Position numbers and translations under genes: made by a program
Notes under the pieces: generated by a model
Database searches by the model: none
What the model was told of the DNA's origin: nothing
Seen by the model: only the letters and a program-made list of their open reading frames with translations
Source of the DNA: an uncultured delta proteobacterium
Lineage (GTDB): Bacteria; Desulfobacterota; Syntrophia; Syntrophales; UBA5619
Reading direction: 5' to 3'
Length of the DNA: 64,000 nt
NCBI GenBank assembly: GCA_963817385.1
Contig: CAWFOM010000031.1
Coordinates: 96,001-160,000 of the forward strand
Shown here: positions 52,120-61,953 of the stretch, piece after piece
Layout: each line of letters starts with the position of its first letter
How positions within the stretch are numbered: the first letter of the stretch is position 1

Positions 52120-52284
52120 TCTCTTTCCCGGGAATGCCGGACACCGACTCGACATTCCTGTCCAGGATAACCATCGCCCATGAAAAAATTATGTTGCTTT
52201 CTCACCAATCATGATAAGGGACAGTCACACTGGACTTTTTATTTACACCCGAGGTAAAATCCCACATGAAAGGAATTAGGATAC

Positions 52285-52908
52285 ATGGCTTCCAATAGCA
52301 CATCTGATATTTCAAGCGGGTTAAAAAGTTCACACCAGGAGAAAGAATCTGATTCGCCAATAGGGCAACCGGCCGAGGCCGGCAGCGATCGCAGCAAGGA
52401 TACTATCGGTGCGGATATGATCGCACCCCCAAACGAAAAGACCCTCGGGACGCTCATTGTCTCAATCGGCCTTGCTCTCTTTGGGATCTTTTGGATGGTG
52501 TGCGCGCATAATATCCCGAACAAGACAGGTTTCGGTTCGCTCGGCCCGGGATTTCTTCCTTTTTGGGCGGGATTGATTATGACCCTCATCGCCGGGGGGC
52601 TGATCGTAGGGACCGTCCGTTCACGAAAGCGCAACGGCACCCGTCCGGCAACAAGCATTCGCTTTTTTGATCAAAATCAGCTTCGCGTCTACGGAGCCAT
52701 GGCCGCATTGCTGCTCTATATTATTTTCCTGTCGCGACTCCATTTTTTTATTAATACCTTTCTCCTTTCCGCAGCCGGTTTGGCTCTGAGCGGAGAACCG
52801 TTGAAACCACGCCTGCTGTTGATAGCTGCACTTATCAGCGGAGTGTTATTCGCGATATTTATCTACTGGCTTGAGATTCCGCTGCCGGGGAGCCGGATAT
52901 TCGGTTAA
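52285..52908 (+). CDS. tctB: Tripartite tricarboxylate transporter small subunit
   Basis: GPGFLP, several TMs, LEIPLP; start uncertain (alternative 52417). Confidence 0.8.
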   Translation: MASNSTSDISSGLKSSHQEKESDSPIGQPAEAGSDRSKDTIGADMIAPPNEKTLGTLIVSIGLALFGIFWMVCAHNIPNKTGFGSLGPGFLPFWAGLIMTLIAGGLIVGTVRSRKRNGTRPATSIRFFDQNQLRVYGAMAALLLYIIFLSRLHFFINTFLLSAAGLALSGEPLKPRLLLIAALISGVLFAIFIYWLEIPLPGSRIFG

Positions 52909-52932
52909 TACGCATGAATTAGGAGATCGCAG

Positions 52933-54456
52933 ATGGAAATAGTGAATCTAATGATCGGGGGATTTCAGGCGGCGCTTTCCTGGACGAATCTGTATTACCT
53001 CTTTATCGGTGTGCTGTTTGGTAATCTCGTGGGTGTCCTCCCCGGCCTGGGGCCGGTGTCCGGTACCGTTCTTTTGATTCCATTTACCTTCCAGATGTCT
53101 CCCGCTACCGCCATCATCATGCTCTCCGGAGTTTATTACGGAGCCATGTACGGCGGATCAACCACTTCAATACTGTTGAATATCCCCGGTGAGTCCTCTT
53201 CCGTTATGACGGCGGTTGAAGGATATCAGCTCACAAAACAGGGCAGGGCAGGCGCCGCCCTCGGTATGAGCGCCATAACCTCGTTCGTTGCAGGCACGGC
53301 TGCGGTTGTAGGGTTGATGACGCTTTCTCCCGCGATGTCGAAAATAGCCCTTTCCTTCGGCCCGGTGGAGACCTTCGCCCTCATTTTTGCCGCTTTTACC
53401 ATCATTGCCAGCCTGGGTGGGACTTCGATCCTCAAGGGACTGGCCATGGGCGCACTCGGGGTCGTGCTGGCGACGATCGGCATAGAACCGATGGTTGCTC
53501 AGACCAGATTGACCTTCGGCCTGGAGCCTCTCGCCGGCGGGGTCAGTTTTGTGGCGGCGGCCATGGGGCTTTTTGCGCTTCCGGAGGTGTTCGAAAGCAT
53601 AGAACAACCGGGGCAGGTTGTTTTTAAAAAAGTCTCGCTCAGGTTGCGCAACCTCTTCCCCACGAAGCAGGATTTTATCGATTCCAAAACGGCAATGCCT
53701 ATGGGGGCACTGGTGGGCTTCATCGGCGGCGTTCTCCCCGGAGCCGGGGCCACCATTTCATCTTTTTTTGCTTATGGGATTCAAAAAAGGATATCGAAGC
53801 ACCCCGAATTGTTCGGTCAAGGATCAATGGAGGCGATCGCCTCGGTCGAAGGGGCCAATAATGCCGCCTCGACAGGGGCCCTGATTCCGATGCTGACATT
53901 CGGCATCCCCGGGTCCGGAACCGCCGCAGTGTTGATGGGAGCGATGATCATCCACGGACTTCAGCCAGGACCGCTTTTATTCCAAAACAGTCCTGATGTT
54001 GTCTGGGCCTTGATTGCCAGCATGTATCTGGGAAATATGATGCTGTTTATCTTGAATTTCCCGCTCATCGGAATATGGGTAAGTTGCATGCGGATACCGT
54101 CCCACATCATTATGACCGGAGTTTTGGCAATATCCGTGGCCGGTGTTTATGCGGACGCCAATTCACTGGGTGATGTCACTGTTTTGTTCGGTTTCGGCGT
54201 GTTGGGCTATATTCTGAAGAAAACTGATTTTCCGCCTGCGCCGATTATCCTGGCGTTGGTTTTAACCGAACAGTTGGAGGGTGCGCTGCATCGATCACTG
54301 GTGATCTCCGGCGGCGATTGGTCGATCTTTGTTACCCGACCCCTCTCGTTGATACTACTGCTGGTAGCGCTTGTCTCTATTATCTTGCAGCTGCCCGCAT
54401 TCGAGCGATGGGTCGGCCGGGTGAGAGAAATGGCAAGGCAGGAGGTGGGAAGTTAA
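52933..54456 (+). CDS. tctA: Tripartite tricarboxylate transporter large subunit
   Basis: GVLPGLG, YGGSTTSILLNIPG, EGANNA, GIPGSGT. Confidence 0.93.
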   Translation: MEIVNLMIGGFQAALSWTNLYYLFIGVLFGNLVGVLPGLGPVSGTVLLIPFTFQMSPATAIIMLSGVYYGAMYGGSTTSILLNIPGESSSVMTAVEGYQLTKQGRAGAALGMSAITSFVAGTAAVVGLMTLSPAMSKIALSFGPVETFALIFAAFTIIASLGGTSILKGLAMGALGVVLATIGIEPMVAQTRLTFGLEPLAGGVSFVAAAMGLFALPEVFESIEQPGQVVFKKVSLRLRNLFPTKQDFIDSKTAMPMGALVGFIGGVLPGAGATISSFFAYGIQKRISKHPELFGQGSMEAIASVEGANNAASTGALIPMLTFGIPGSGTAAVLMGAMIIHGLQPGPLLFQNSPDVVWALIASMYLGNMMLFILNFPLIGIWVSCMRIPSHIIMTGVLAISVAGVYADANSLGDVTVLFGFGVLGYILKKTDFPPAPIILALVLTEQLEGALHRSLVISGGDWSIFVTRPLSLILLLVALVSIILQLPAFERWVGRVREMARQEVGS

Positions 54457-54526
54457 CAAACGGATAGTGAAACGAAACAAGCAACAGGAAGAGAAACTAA
54501 CAGACAAGACAAGAGGAGGAGTGCCG

Positions 54527-55519
54527 ATGAGATCCATCAAGACGTTTGCGAAAATTGGTTTTTGTTTGGTGCTGGTGCTGGCGGTGGGGAGTACGGAATT
54601 ATTGGCAGCAGGTCAAGCCAAGTTCCCGACGAAACCGATCATTTTCGTTGCACCCGGTACGGTAGGGGGAGGTTCCGACACCCAGGCCCGATTCTGCCAG
54701 GCGGCGATAGAAAAGAAAATAAAGATCAGTGAACCGATTGTCATTTTGAACAAAGGCGGACGGGGCGGCACGCAAGAAGCGTATACGTTTACCGAAGGCA
54801 AGAAGGGCGACGCCCATTACCTCCTCACCACGGCAAATCAGTTTCTCACATATCCGATGCTGGGCGGAGGATACAATACGAAAAACTTTACACCGATCGC
54901 CAATCTGGTTTTTGATCCCGGCGCCTTGGTAGCCAGGCCGGAATCACCGTACAAAGAGTTGGAGGATGTCATAAAGGCCGCCAAGGAAAAACCGGACACC
55001 ATCACTGTTGGCGGAGGTCAGCTCGGCACGCAGGATCATATGGCGCTTTTGACCCTTGAAAAGGCCGCCGGCATAAAGTTGCGCTTCGTTCCTTTCGCCG
55101 GGGGCGGTGAAATCCACAGAAATGTATTGGGCGGTCAAATCGATCTCGCTATGGGTAATCCGTCCGATTTCATGGCCAGCCTTGAAGGCGGGAAGCTCAA
55201 AGCGCTCGTTCTCACGACTCCGAAGCGAAGTGCTGCACCCGCTTTGGCAAATGTGCCAACGTTAAAAGAAAAAGGATTTGATACCAGCTTTGTTACCTGG
55301 CGAGGTTGGGTTGCCCCGGCAGGAATCAAGGCCGAACAGGTTAAATTCCTGGAAAACCTTTTCAAGGTTGTCATGGAAGATCCTGATTTTAATGATAACT
55401 ATATCAAAAAGAATGGTATGGTTCCGGCCTACATGCCCTCCGCTGAATTTGGACGCTTCATGAAAGAGCAGGCGGTGATTTATGAAGCGTTCCTGCGTCA
55501 GTCGGGCGTGCTCAAATAA
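54527..55519 (+). CDS. tctC: Tripartite tricarboxylate transporter substrate-binding protein
   Basis: FPTKPI...GGGSD, VPFAGGG, VPTLKEKG, WRG. Confidence 0.9.
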   Translation: MRSIKTFAKIGFCLVLVLAVGSTELLAAGQAKFPTKPIIFVAPGTVGGGSDTQARFCQAAIEKKIKISEPIVILNKGGRGGTQEAYTFTEGKKGDAHYLLTTANQFLTYPMLGGGYNTKNFTPIANLVFDPGALVARPESPYKELEDVIKAAKEKPDTITVGGGQLGTQDHMALLTLEKAAGIKLRFVPFAGGGEIHRNVLGGQIDLAMGNPSDFMASLEGGKLKALVLTTPKRSAAPALANVPTLKEKGFDTSFVTWRGWVAPAGIKAEQVKFLENLFKVVMEDPDFNDNYIKKNGMVPAYMPSAEFGRFMKEQAVIYEAFLRQSGVLK

Positions 55520-55544
55520 TCTACGGCTCACCTTACAAAACACC

Positions 55545-55591
55545 AAGTGTTGCATTGATGATTGATGGCGAGTCAATGCAACACTTTTTTT
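55545..55591 (+). terminator. Intrinsic terminator after tctC
   Basis: AAGTGTTGCATTGA...TCAATGCAACACTT plus T-run. Confidence 0.7.
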
Positions 55592-55726
55592 GATTGCCGG
55601 GAAGGTAAGCTTCAGATCAATGATGAGAAGATCGGGGAGTTTTGTTACGCTCAATCGCTGCCTGGTTGAAAAAAACGTCCCGATCCATGGATTTAGCAAC
55701 ATGCAGAAGAAGGGAGACGTCTAAAC

Positions 55727-56512
55727 ATGGAGATTCTTCTCCTCAAACCGTATGCAGCAAAAACGCAGGAATTGGAACTGTGCCGACAGGTCGCACGGCC
55801 GGATACCAATATTACGTTCGCGAATATTGCGGAAACATATCCCATACCTCATGTGCATCACAACTATTTTCGCTCAAAAGCGGTGGTAGAGGCCGTCGAA
55901 CAGATCCTTAAGGCTGAAGAAGATGGATATGACGGTGTCTGCATCGCCTGCGGTGCCGATCCCGCCCTGTTTGAGGCGCGCGAACTGGTTAAGATCCCGG
56001 TCACCAGCACCTTCGAGGCGGCGGGCCACGTTGCCTGTATGATGGGGCATAAGTTTTCCGTGATCACGACCACCGATTATGCGGTGCCCCAGATGGAAAA
56101 TCTGGCGTTGCTTTACGGATTTGGCCATAAACTTGCCTCTGTTCGGCATCTTTCCATTCCCGGCAGGAAACTCCGCAAGGAGGAGACTTCTGAGCAGATG
56201 GTGGTCGACAAGGTCAATGAAGTCGCTCGGTACTGCGTTGAGCATGACGGCGCCGAAGTCGTCGTCATTACCGCCACGCTTGCAGCGGTTCTTTTTTCCA
56301 CCAAAGAGGGGGGACCCATCACGGATATCGGGGCGCCCGTCGTCAATGCAATGCAGGTCGGACTCAAGATGGTTGAACTGATGGTTGACCTGCAGAAACT
56401 GGGCGGGCTTGCACCTGTCAGCCGAATCGGCATTTATAAGGAACCTTATGAGCCCGAATACCGTACGCTGCGGGAATTTTATAAACTTCCTCTGCGAAGA
56501 GGTTTGAAATAG
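55727..56512 (+). CDS. Asp/Glu/hydantoin (allantoin) racemase family protein
   Basis: DGYDGVCIACGADPALFEARELVKIPV, GHKFSVIT, DGAEVVV. Confidence 0.85.
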   Translation: MEILLLKPYAAKTQELELCRQVARPDTNITFANIAETYPIPHVHHNYFRSKAVVEAVEQILKAEEDGYDGVCIACGADPALFEARELVKIPVTSTFEAAGHVACMMGHKFSVITTTDYAVPQMENLALLYGFGHKLASVRHLSIPGRKLRKEETSEQMVVDKVNEVARYCVEHDGAEVVVITATLAAVLFSTKEGGPITDIGAPVVNAMQVGLKMVELMVDLQKLGGLAPVSRIGIYKEPYEPEYRTLREFYKLPLRRGLK

Positions 56513-56575
56513 CATCGGTGAACCTTCACCTTGTTCCCGGATAGAGAGATTCATCGTTAGCAGGGAGGATGGACG

Positions 56576-57586
56576 GTGAAACCGAACATATTCGTTACCC
56601 AGCCGATCGAAGAATCGGCTTTGAAAAAACTGTCTCAGTATATGCAGGTTGAGATATATCCGGATGCGATGAAAACGATCACAAAAGACTCTCTTCTGCA
56701 GGGGATCGCGGGGAAAGACTATCTGTTCTGCCGTCTGGGCGATCAGATCGATGCCGATGTCATCGGCGCGAATGCCCGGTTGAAGATGATAGCAACCATG
56801 GGGTCCTCTCCGTCGGGGATTGACATCACGACGGCCACAAAACTGAAGATCCCGGTGATCGGAAGAGGCGGTGCGAATCAACAGGGTGGAAGGAGCGCGA
56901 TCACGAACGAGACAGCCGATCTGACGTGGGCCCTGCTGATGGCGGTGGCCAGAAGGATTCTCGAAGGAGACAGGCTGGTTCGTTCCGGCGTTTTCCCGGG
57001 ACCGCATTCCCCGTATCTGCTGGGTGCGCAGGTCAACAGCAAGAATCTCGGGATAGTCGGCATGGGAAAGATCGGCAGGGCGATAGCAAAGAGGGCCTAT
57101 GGCTTTGATATGAAAATTTATTATTACTCGACGAGGCGACATCCGGATATTGAAGAGAAGTTCAACGCCGCCTTCTTATCCTTTGAAGATCTATTGAGAA
57201 ACGCCGATTTCCTCTGCATGCTTCCACCCTATACAGCCGCGACACACCATATGATCGGGGAAAAGCAGTTGAGGTTGATGAAACCGACGGCGTTTCTGAT
57301 TAACACATCGCGCGGTCCGGTCGTGGATCAAAATGCGCTGGTGAAAGCGCTCAGCATGAAAACGATTGCCGGGGCAGCCCTGGACGTCTTCGAGGGAGAA
57401 CCTCATCCCGAGCTACCCAAAGAACTGATCGCCATGCCAAACGTCGTCCTGACGCCGCATTTAGGGAGCGCAGTGGCGGAAAAACGCGAAATCATGACGA
57501 ATGAAATTGTCGACGAGATCATCGCTTTTTCCCAGGGGAAAGCGCCTTCTCACCTCTTTAACCCGGAAGTATTGAGGGTTATGTAA
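56576..57586 (+). CDS. D-glycerate dehydrogenase/glyoxylate reductase-like
   Basis: ETADLTWALL, GMGKIG, INTSRGPVVD, TPHLGSA. Confidence 0.9.
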   Translation: MKPNIFVTQPIEESALKKLSQYMQVEIYPDAMKTITKDSLLQGIAGKDYLFCRLGDQIDADVIGANARLKMIATMGSSPSGIDITTATKLKIPVIGRGGANQQGGRSAITNETADLTWALLMAVARRILEGDRLVRSGVFPGPHSPYLLGAQVNSKNLGIVGMGKIGRAIAKRAYGFDMKIYYYSTRRHPDIEEKFNAAFLSFEDLLRNADFLCMLPPYTAATHHMIGEKQLRLMKPTAFLINTSRGPVVDQNALVKALSMKTIAGAALDVFEGEPHPELPKELIAMPNVVLTPHLGSAVAEKREIMTNEIVDEIIAFSQGKAPSHLFNPEVLRVM

Positions 57587-57734
57587 CATGCCATCGGGAC
57601 CTGTAAGGAAGCGAAAGCAGCGGTATGGGGAACCCATTCCTCCACATAACATTCAAAACAAAACTCTTGGAGGACGTATTGCTACCGAAAGAGAAGAAAA
57701 TCATCACCCGGCCTTCGGGTGTGAGAAAATCTTC

Positions 57735-57763
57735 TTGACAGATACGGACGCTTCTCTTATAGC
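57735..57763 (+). promoter_or_regulatory. sigma70-type promoter about 180 nt upstream of the NHL gene
   Basis: TTGACA-N17-TATAGC. Confidence 0.45.
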
Positions 57764-57942
57764 CTCACCTCACAGAAGCGCACGTTCTCCGTGCCCCAGG
57801 CAAAGTTTGGCGAATCCAGTGGGTTGAGAAGCCACACGACAAAGTTAGCCGACCGTTAGAACCGAGTTTTGCACATATGCGGGTAATCGTATGAGCGAAG
57901 CGAAAACAGGACGACCGCGGGCCGTCACAAGGGGGATGCGAA

Positions 57943-58965
57943 ATGAAAAAGACAAGTTCTAAGATCACCGCTGCTACATGTTTGAAGTTCGAGGTGGACC
58001 CGTGGTTTCCCAAGCCGCTGCCCGAGGGGTGGGTAACCGGGCAGCTTTCCACCGTATGCGTGGACGCCCACGATCACATCATCGTCACCAACCGGCGAGA
58101 TTTATCGGCCGAGGTTATGGAGACCAGCGTTAATGCGCCTTCGGTGATCATGTTTGACCTTGCCGGCAACGTTGTCGAATCCTGGGGGACGTCGGAGACG
58201 GTTCCGGGGACCATCCATAGCTGTGCTGCCGATAGCGATAACAATATCTGGTTGACCGGCAACGGCGACGGCATTATCCAGAAGTGGAGCCACGACGGGA
58301 AGCTCCTGCTGCAGATCGGGGAACGGGGTGTTTTCGATTCGTCGGACGGGACTAGTAAAGGCAAGGCCTTGAATGCGAACAAGACGCAGTTTTTCAACCC
58401 GGCAGGTCTCACGATCGACCCGACCAACGATGACGTTTACGTTACCGACGGCTATGGCAACCGCCGCGTTGTGGTGCTGGATAAAAATGGGAAATTCCTG
58501 CGGCAGTGGGGCCGGCAGGGGACAACGGAGGAAATCAGGGACGGTAAGGGCGGCGTCTTTGCAAAGGTCGTTCATGGCGTTGCGATCAGCAACGCCGGCC
58601 TGGTATATATATCCGACCGGCAGGGGGATCGGGTGCAGGTGTTCGATAAGGAAGGTAATTTTAAAAGAAACATCTGGGTCAGAACGGGGACGTCCACCCT
58701 GCCCGATCCGCGGGGTACTGCCTGGTGGGTGGCGTTTTCGCCCGATAAGGAACAGAAGTACCTGTATGTGATGAACGGGCGCAACGAGGAGGTTCATATT
58801 CTCGATCATGCGAGCGGAGCTATTCTGTCGACGTTCGGCCGTCCGGGACACCAGTTGGGTCAGTTCACGCACGGCCACACGCTGGCGGTCGACAGCAAGG
58901 GGAACATCTATGTTGCCGAGACCAATGAAGGCCGGAGGATCCAGAAGTTCAAGCCCGTGGAGTAA
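57943..58965 (+). CDS. NHL beta-propeller, peptidyl-alpha-hydroxyglycine lyase (PAL)-like
   Basis: IHS, TDGYGNRRV, VHG, SDRQGDRVQVF, GHTLAVDSKGNIYVAE; no signal peptide. Confidence 0.82.
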   Translation: MKKTSSKITAATCLKFEVDPWFPKPLPEGWVTGQLSTVCVDAHDHIIVTNRRDLSAEVMETSVNAPSVIMFDLAGNVVESWGTSETVPGTIHSCAADSDNNIWLTGNGDGIIQKWSHDGKLLLQIGERGVFDSSDGTSKGKALNANKTQFFNPAGLTIDPTNDDVYVTDGYGNRRVVVLDKNGKFLRQWGRQGTTEEIRDGKGGVFAKVVHGVAISNAGLVYISDRQGDRVQVFDKEGNFKRNIWVRTGTSTLPDPRGTAWWVAFSPDKEQKYLYVMNGRNEEVHILDHASGAILSTFGRPGHQLGQFTHGHTLAVDSKGNIYVAETNEGRRIQKFKPVE

Positions 58966-59039
58966 TCCTCATCGATGGTGGCTACACCGTTTCGTATCTC
59001 ATACCCACAGGCAGTTTTTGATTTGAAAGGGAATACCAA

Positions 59040-60251
59040 ATGGACTTTGCGGTAGATTGGACAAAGAGAATAGATTTTGACCTGCTCCGTCAAACGAGGA
59101 CAGAGAGTTTGAACGAACAAATCAAGAAGCATGAGCTTGATGCGCTGCTCTGTTTTAAGGCGGAAAACATCCGGTATATGACCGGTTACCGGCCGTTGTG
59201 GTGGCCCATCTCTTTTCTCACGCGGAATGCGGGCATCATGGCCGCGGACAAGGAGCCCATCCTTTTCCCCACGAGCGGCTGTTATGAGAGATGCAGGGAC
59301 ACCATGTATTGGATGAAGAAGGATAATATTCGGCCTCTCGCTACCATGGAGGATCCGGGAATCGTCGATGTGGAGGTGAAAAAGAAATTCATCCCCGCGT
59401 TTGACGAGTTGGGGATTACAGGAGGCAGGATTGGAATCGATCATGTTTCTATGCTGACCCTGCTGAAGCTTAAGGAGGCGTTCCCCAAAGCCGAATTCGT
59501 CAACGGGGACCATTGCGTTTTAGATGCCCAGGTGGTCAAGAACAGCGAAGAGATAAAGTGCATGCGGGCATCGAGTCAACTGGCAGTGGTTGCCATGGAT
59601 AGAGCCATGAAAAAAATCGATGTAGGCGTTCGCGAGTGCGAGATACTGGCGGAGGCGATGCATTCCCTGTATTCGAACGGGATGGAGGTACCCCAGTGCA
59701 GTTTGATCGTGACCTCGGGAGACGGAACGGCACCCCTGCGACGGTTTGCTTCCGACAGGAAAATCAACTGGGGAGAGTTGGTCTTCATGGATCTCGGCGG
59801 CTGTTTCAACGGGTATTTTTCCGACTTCACGCGAACGGTGATTTTTGGCAAGCCGAACGAGCAACAGAAGAAGATTTATAAAGCCGTATATGGAATGATG
59901 AAAGAAATCCATAGAACAATGAGACCAGGCAATACCAACGCGGATGTGAATAATGCGGCGAGGCAAGTCGTTATTGATCACGGTTTCAAAGGGCGTGATT
60001 ATCTGGGTTTGCTGGGGCATAGCATCGGAGTTACGGGATTGACTTACCCTATTGTGGGAGAGGTTGCGGCGATAGGGAGCGAGAAAGAAGTGGAGTTACA
60101 GCCGGGTATGATTTTCAGTATGGAACCCGGAATTTTCATCCCCGGCACGCCGGGAGGCGGAGGTGTCCGGATCGAAGATACCATTCTCATCACGGAAGAG
60201 GGCAATGAAGTTCTCACGCAGACACCGTATGATGAAAATCTGTTGTCGTAA
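59040..60251 (+). CDS. M24 Xaa-Pro peptidase/creatinase-fold hydrolase
   Basis: MDLG...SDFTRT...GHSIG...MEPG...RIED metal ligands. Confidence 0.9.
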   Translation: MDFAVDWTKRIDFDLLRQTRTESLNEQIKKHELDALLCFKAENIRYMTGYRPLWWPISFLTRNAGIMAADKEPILFPTSGCYERCRDTMYWMKKDNIRPLATMEDPGIVDVEVKKKFIPAFDELGITGGRIGIDHVSMLTLLKLKEAFPKAEFVNGDHCVLDAQVVKNSEEIKCMRASSQLAVVAMDRAMKKIDVGVRECEILAEAMHSLYSNGMEVPQCSLIVTSGDGTAPLRRFASDRKINWGELVFMDLGGCFNGYFSDFTRTVIFGKPNEQQKKIYKAVYGMMKEIHRTMRPGNTNADVNNAARQVVIDHGFKGRDYLGLLGHSIGVTGLTYPIVGEVAAIGSEKEVELQPGMIFSMEPGIFIPGTPGGGGVRIEDTILITEEGNEVLTQTPYDENLLS

Positions 60252-60282
60252 TCAACCGCGTTTTCTCTGAAATGAGAAACTG

Positions 60283-60915
60283 ATGAAGAGATTATATTAC
60301 TTAATTCTAATAATCCCGTTTTTCTTACCCGGATGTACAAGAAATATTAAAAATATTCCTACAGATGTTAATCCGACTGAGTCCATCATCGTTGGTCATA
60401 TAGAAACGGTTCCAGGCCTCAGGGAATTCAGCCTATATGAAGAGATCAGCGAAACAGAAGATCAAATCGAAATTGCAGGTATGGGTTACGGTTTAACCAA
60501 AGCGAGTAAATTACAGAACCAAGGTTATCTCTTTAAGATTGTCCGTCCAGGCACCTATATTCTGCGCCTTCAAAAAATGATTGGGGGGAAATATGATCAC
60601 GATAACATATTTCGGTTTGAAGTTCCGGAAGGAAAGTTGGTTTATTTTGGTACCGTCAAGGTAGTGATTGACAATGTCTTAGGGCCATCTCTTCGAAGAG
60701 ACAACATGCAATCCAAGACATCTATCATGTTCAAATATCATTTTGTAGGCATTAATGAAGATGAAACACTGAAACATTTTGAAAATCAATACCCCCAGGC
60801 TTACTCATCCTATAAAGACAAAATTATACGGCTTCCGCCTTCCTCGCGGCCTACATATATGACATTACTTCCTACTGATCGTTGCTCGGACTATCACGTA
60901 GCCTTGTCATTTTAA
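60283..60915 (+). CDS. Hypothetical lipoprotein
   Basis: Lipobox LPGC after a hydrophobic leader; AT-rich. Confidence 0.65.
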   Translation: MKRLYYLILIIPFFLPGCTRNIKNIPTDVNPTESIIVGHIETVPGLREFSLYEEISETEDQIEIAGMGYGLTKASKLQNQGYLFKIVRPGTYILRLQKMIGGKYDHDNIFRFEVPEGKLVYFGTVKVVIDNVLGPSLRRDNMQSKTSIMFKYHFVGINEDETLKHFENQYPQAYSSYKDKIIRLPPSSRPTYMTLLPTDRCSDYHVALSF

Positions 60916-60977
60916 TGCCGGCACCAAGTGACCACCGCCGTTGCTGCTGAGACATAATATATTGTGTATCGATTTGC

Positions 60978-61012
60978 AAAAAAAAGCAGTATCGTTTCCG
61001 ATCCTGCTTTTC
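60978..61012. terminator. Bidirectional terminator between convergent genes
   Basis: AAAAGCAG-T-ATCG-TTTC-CGAT-C-CTGCTTTT. Confidence 0.6.
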
Positions 61013-61034
61013 TGCCGTTAGTATTAATCCGGAT

Positions 61035-61814
61035 TTACTTTATGAATCGCCTGATTCCCGTAATACCCATCAAACCGAGGCCAAGAAGCAGTATCGTGGT
61101 TGGTTCGGGAATCTTTGCAAATTCAGTCGTGGCCGGTTCGGGAATCTTTGCAGACTCAGTCGTGGCTGGTTTGGGAATCTTTGCAAACGGAAAGGCTAAA
61201 TACCCGAAATTATCCATTGAATTCAGATCCGCAATCGAGAAATTAAACGATCCGCCTTCCGCCGTATCGAGGTCATGATAATAATATCCGCTAACTGTTG
61301 TAAATGCATCTTCCGATGCATCGTAACCGCCAGTTGAGCTGTCGCTCGGGGAGGCGACGAAGATATTATCAGTGGAATCATTTGTCGCTTCAACGTGTAT
61401 TTCCCACAACCGGTCCTGCCAATTGCTCCAATTGAAGGAATCGCGCTCAAAGGCCCCGTCTAGCAGGGTTATTCTGTAGGTCCCGGGGAGACCCGACAGA
61501 GAATCCCCGAGCAACTGATCAAAAGACCGGATGTTGCCGGCGGATTCTATTTCAGACCAGTAGGCAATGTTTCTTGCGGTCGCGAAGCTGCTAAAATCAC
61601 TTTTCAAAGTCCAGTCAGCGGTGTCAGCTGAAACCGTATGAGGTACATTGTCAATATCCACACTTCTAGGATAGGCTTCTTCGCTCAGGTATTGACCGGA
61701 ATTCTCTATGGCATCAATAGTGATCGGCACGACGAAAGCCATATCATCAGCAATCCCCATGGAGAGAAGAACAAACATCACGGTTATTAGATATTTTTTA
61801 TAAAAAGGCATCAT
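61035..61814 (-). CDS. PEP-CTERM surface protein
   Basis: Signal peptide, acidic Ser/Asp-rich body, IPEPTTILLLGLGLMGITGIRRFIK. Confidence 0.9.
   Translation of the reverse strand: MMPFYKKYLITVMFVLLSMGIADDMAFVVPITIDAIENSGQYLSEEAYPRSVDIDNVPHTVSADTADWTLKSDFSSFATARNIAYWSEIESAGNIRSFDQLLGDSLSGLPGTYRITLLDGAFERDSFNWSNWQDRLWEIHVEATNDSTDNIFVASPSDSSTGGYDASEDAFTTVSGYYYHDLDTAEGGSFNFSIADLNSMDNFGYLAFPFAKIPKPATTESAKIPEPATTEFAKIPEPTTILLLGLGLMGITGIRRFIK
61095..61187 (-). repeat. About 3x 33-bp in-frame tandem repeat (AKIP[EK]PATTE)
   Basis: CGTGG..GGTT.GGGAATCTTTGCA units start at 61095, 61128, 61161. Confidence 0.85.
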
Positions 61815-61953
61815 AGCTAAATTCTTTTACGCATCAAATAGGGGTGCGGCCCTTTCTCCGAGCTGTCAGACACTTCCAATATTTGTTTACATAGTATAAT
61901 ATTACATTGAAAAATGTCAAGCAATTTTTAAATTTCTTTCCGTATCAAGAGAT

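Noticed and set aside
30006..52155. Long antisense ORFs (30006-31739, 33171-34781, 40286-41860, 42548-44155, 50557-52155)
   Set aside because: Shadow frames of GC-rich genes, with no recognisable motifs
57780..57935. c-di-GMP-I riboswitch (GGCAAA seen)
   Set aside because: No GNRA-capped P2 or second GCAAA/receptor element could be built
61095..61187. CRISPR-like periodic repeats
   Set aside because: Contiguous in-frame 33-bp units without spacers inside a CDS; no cas genes
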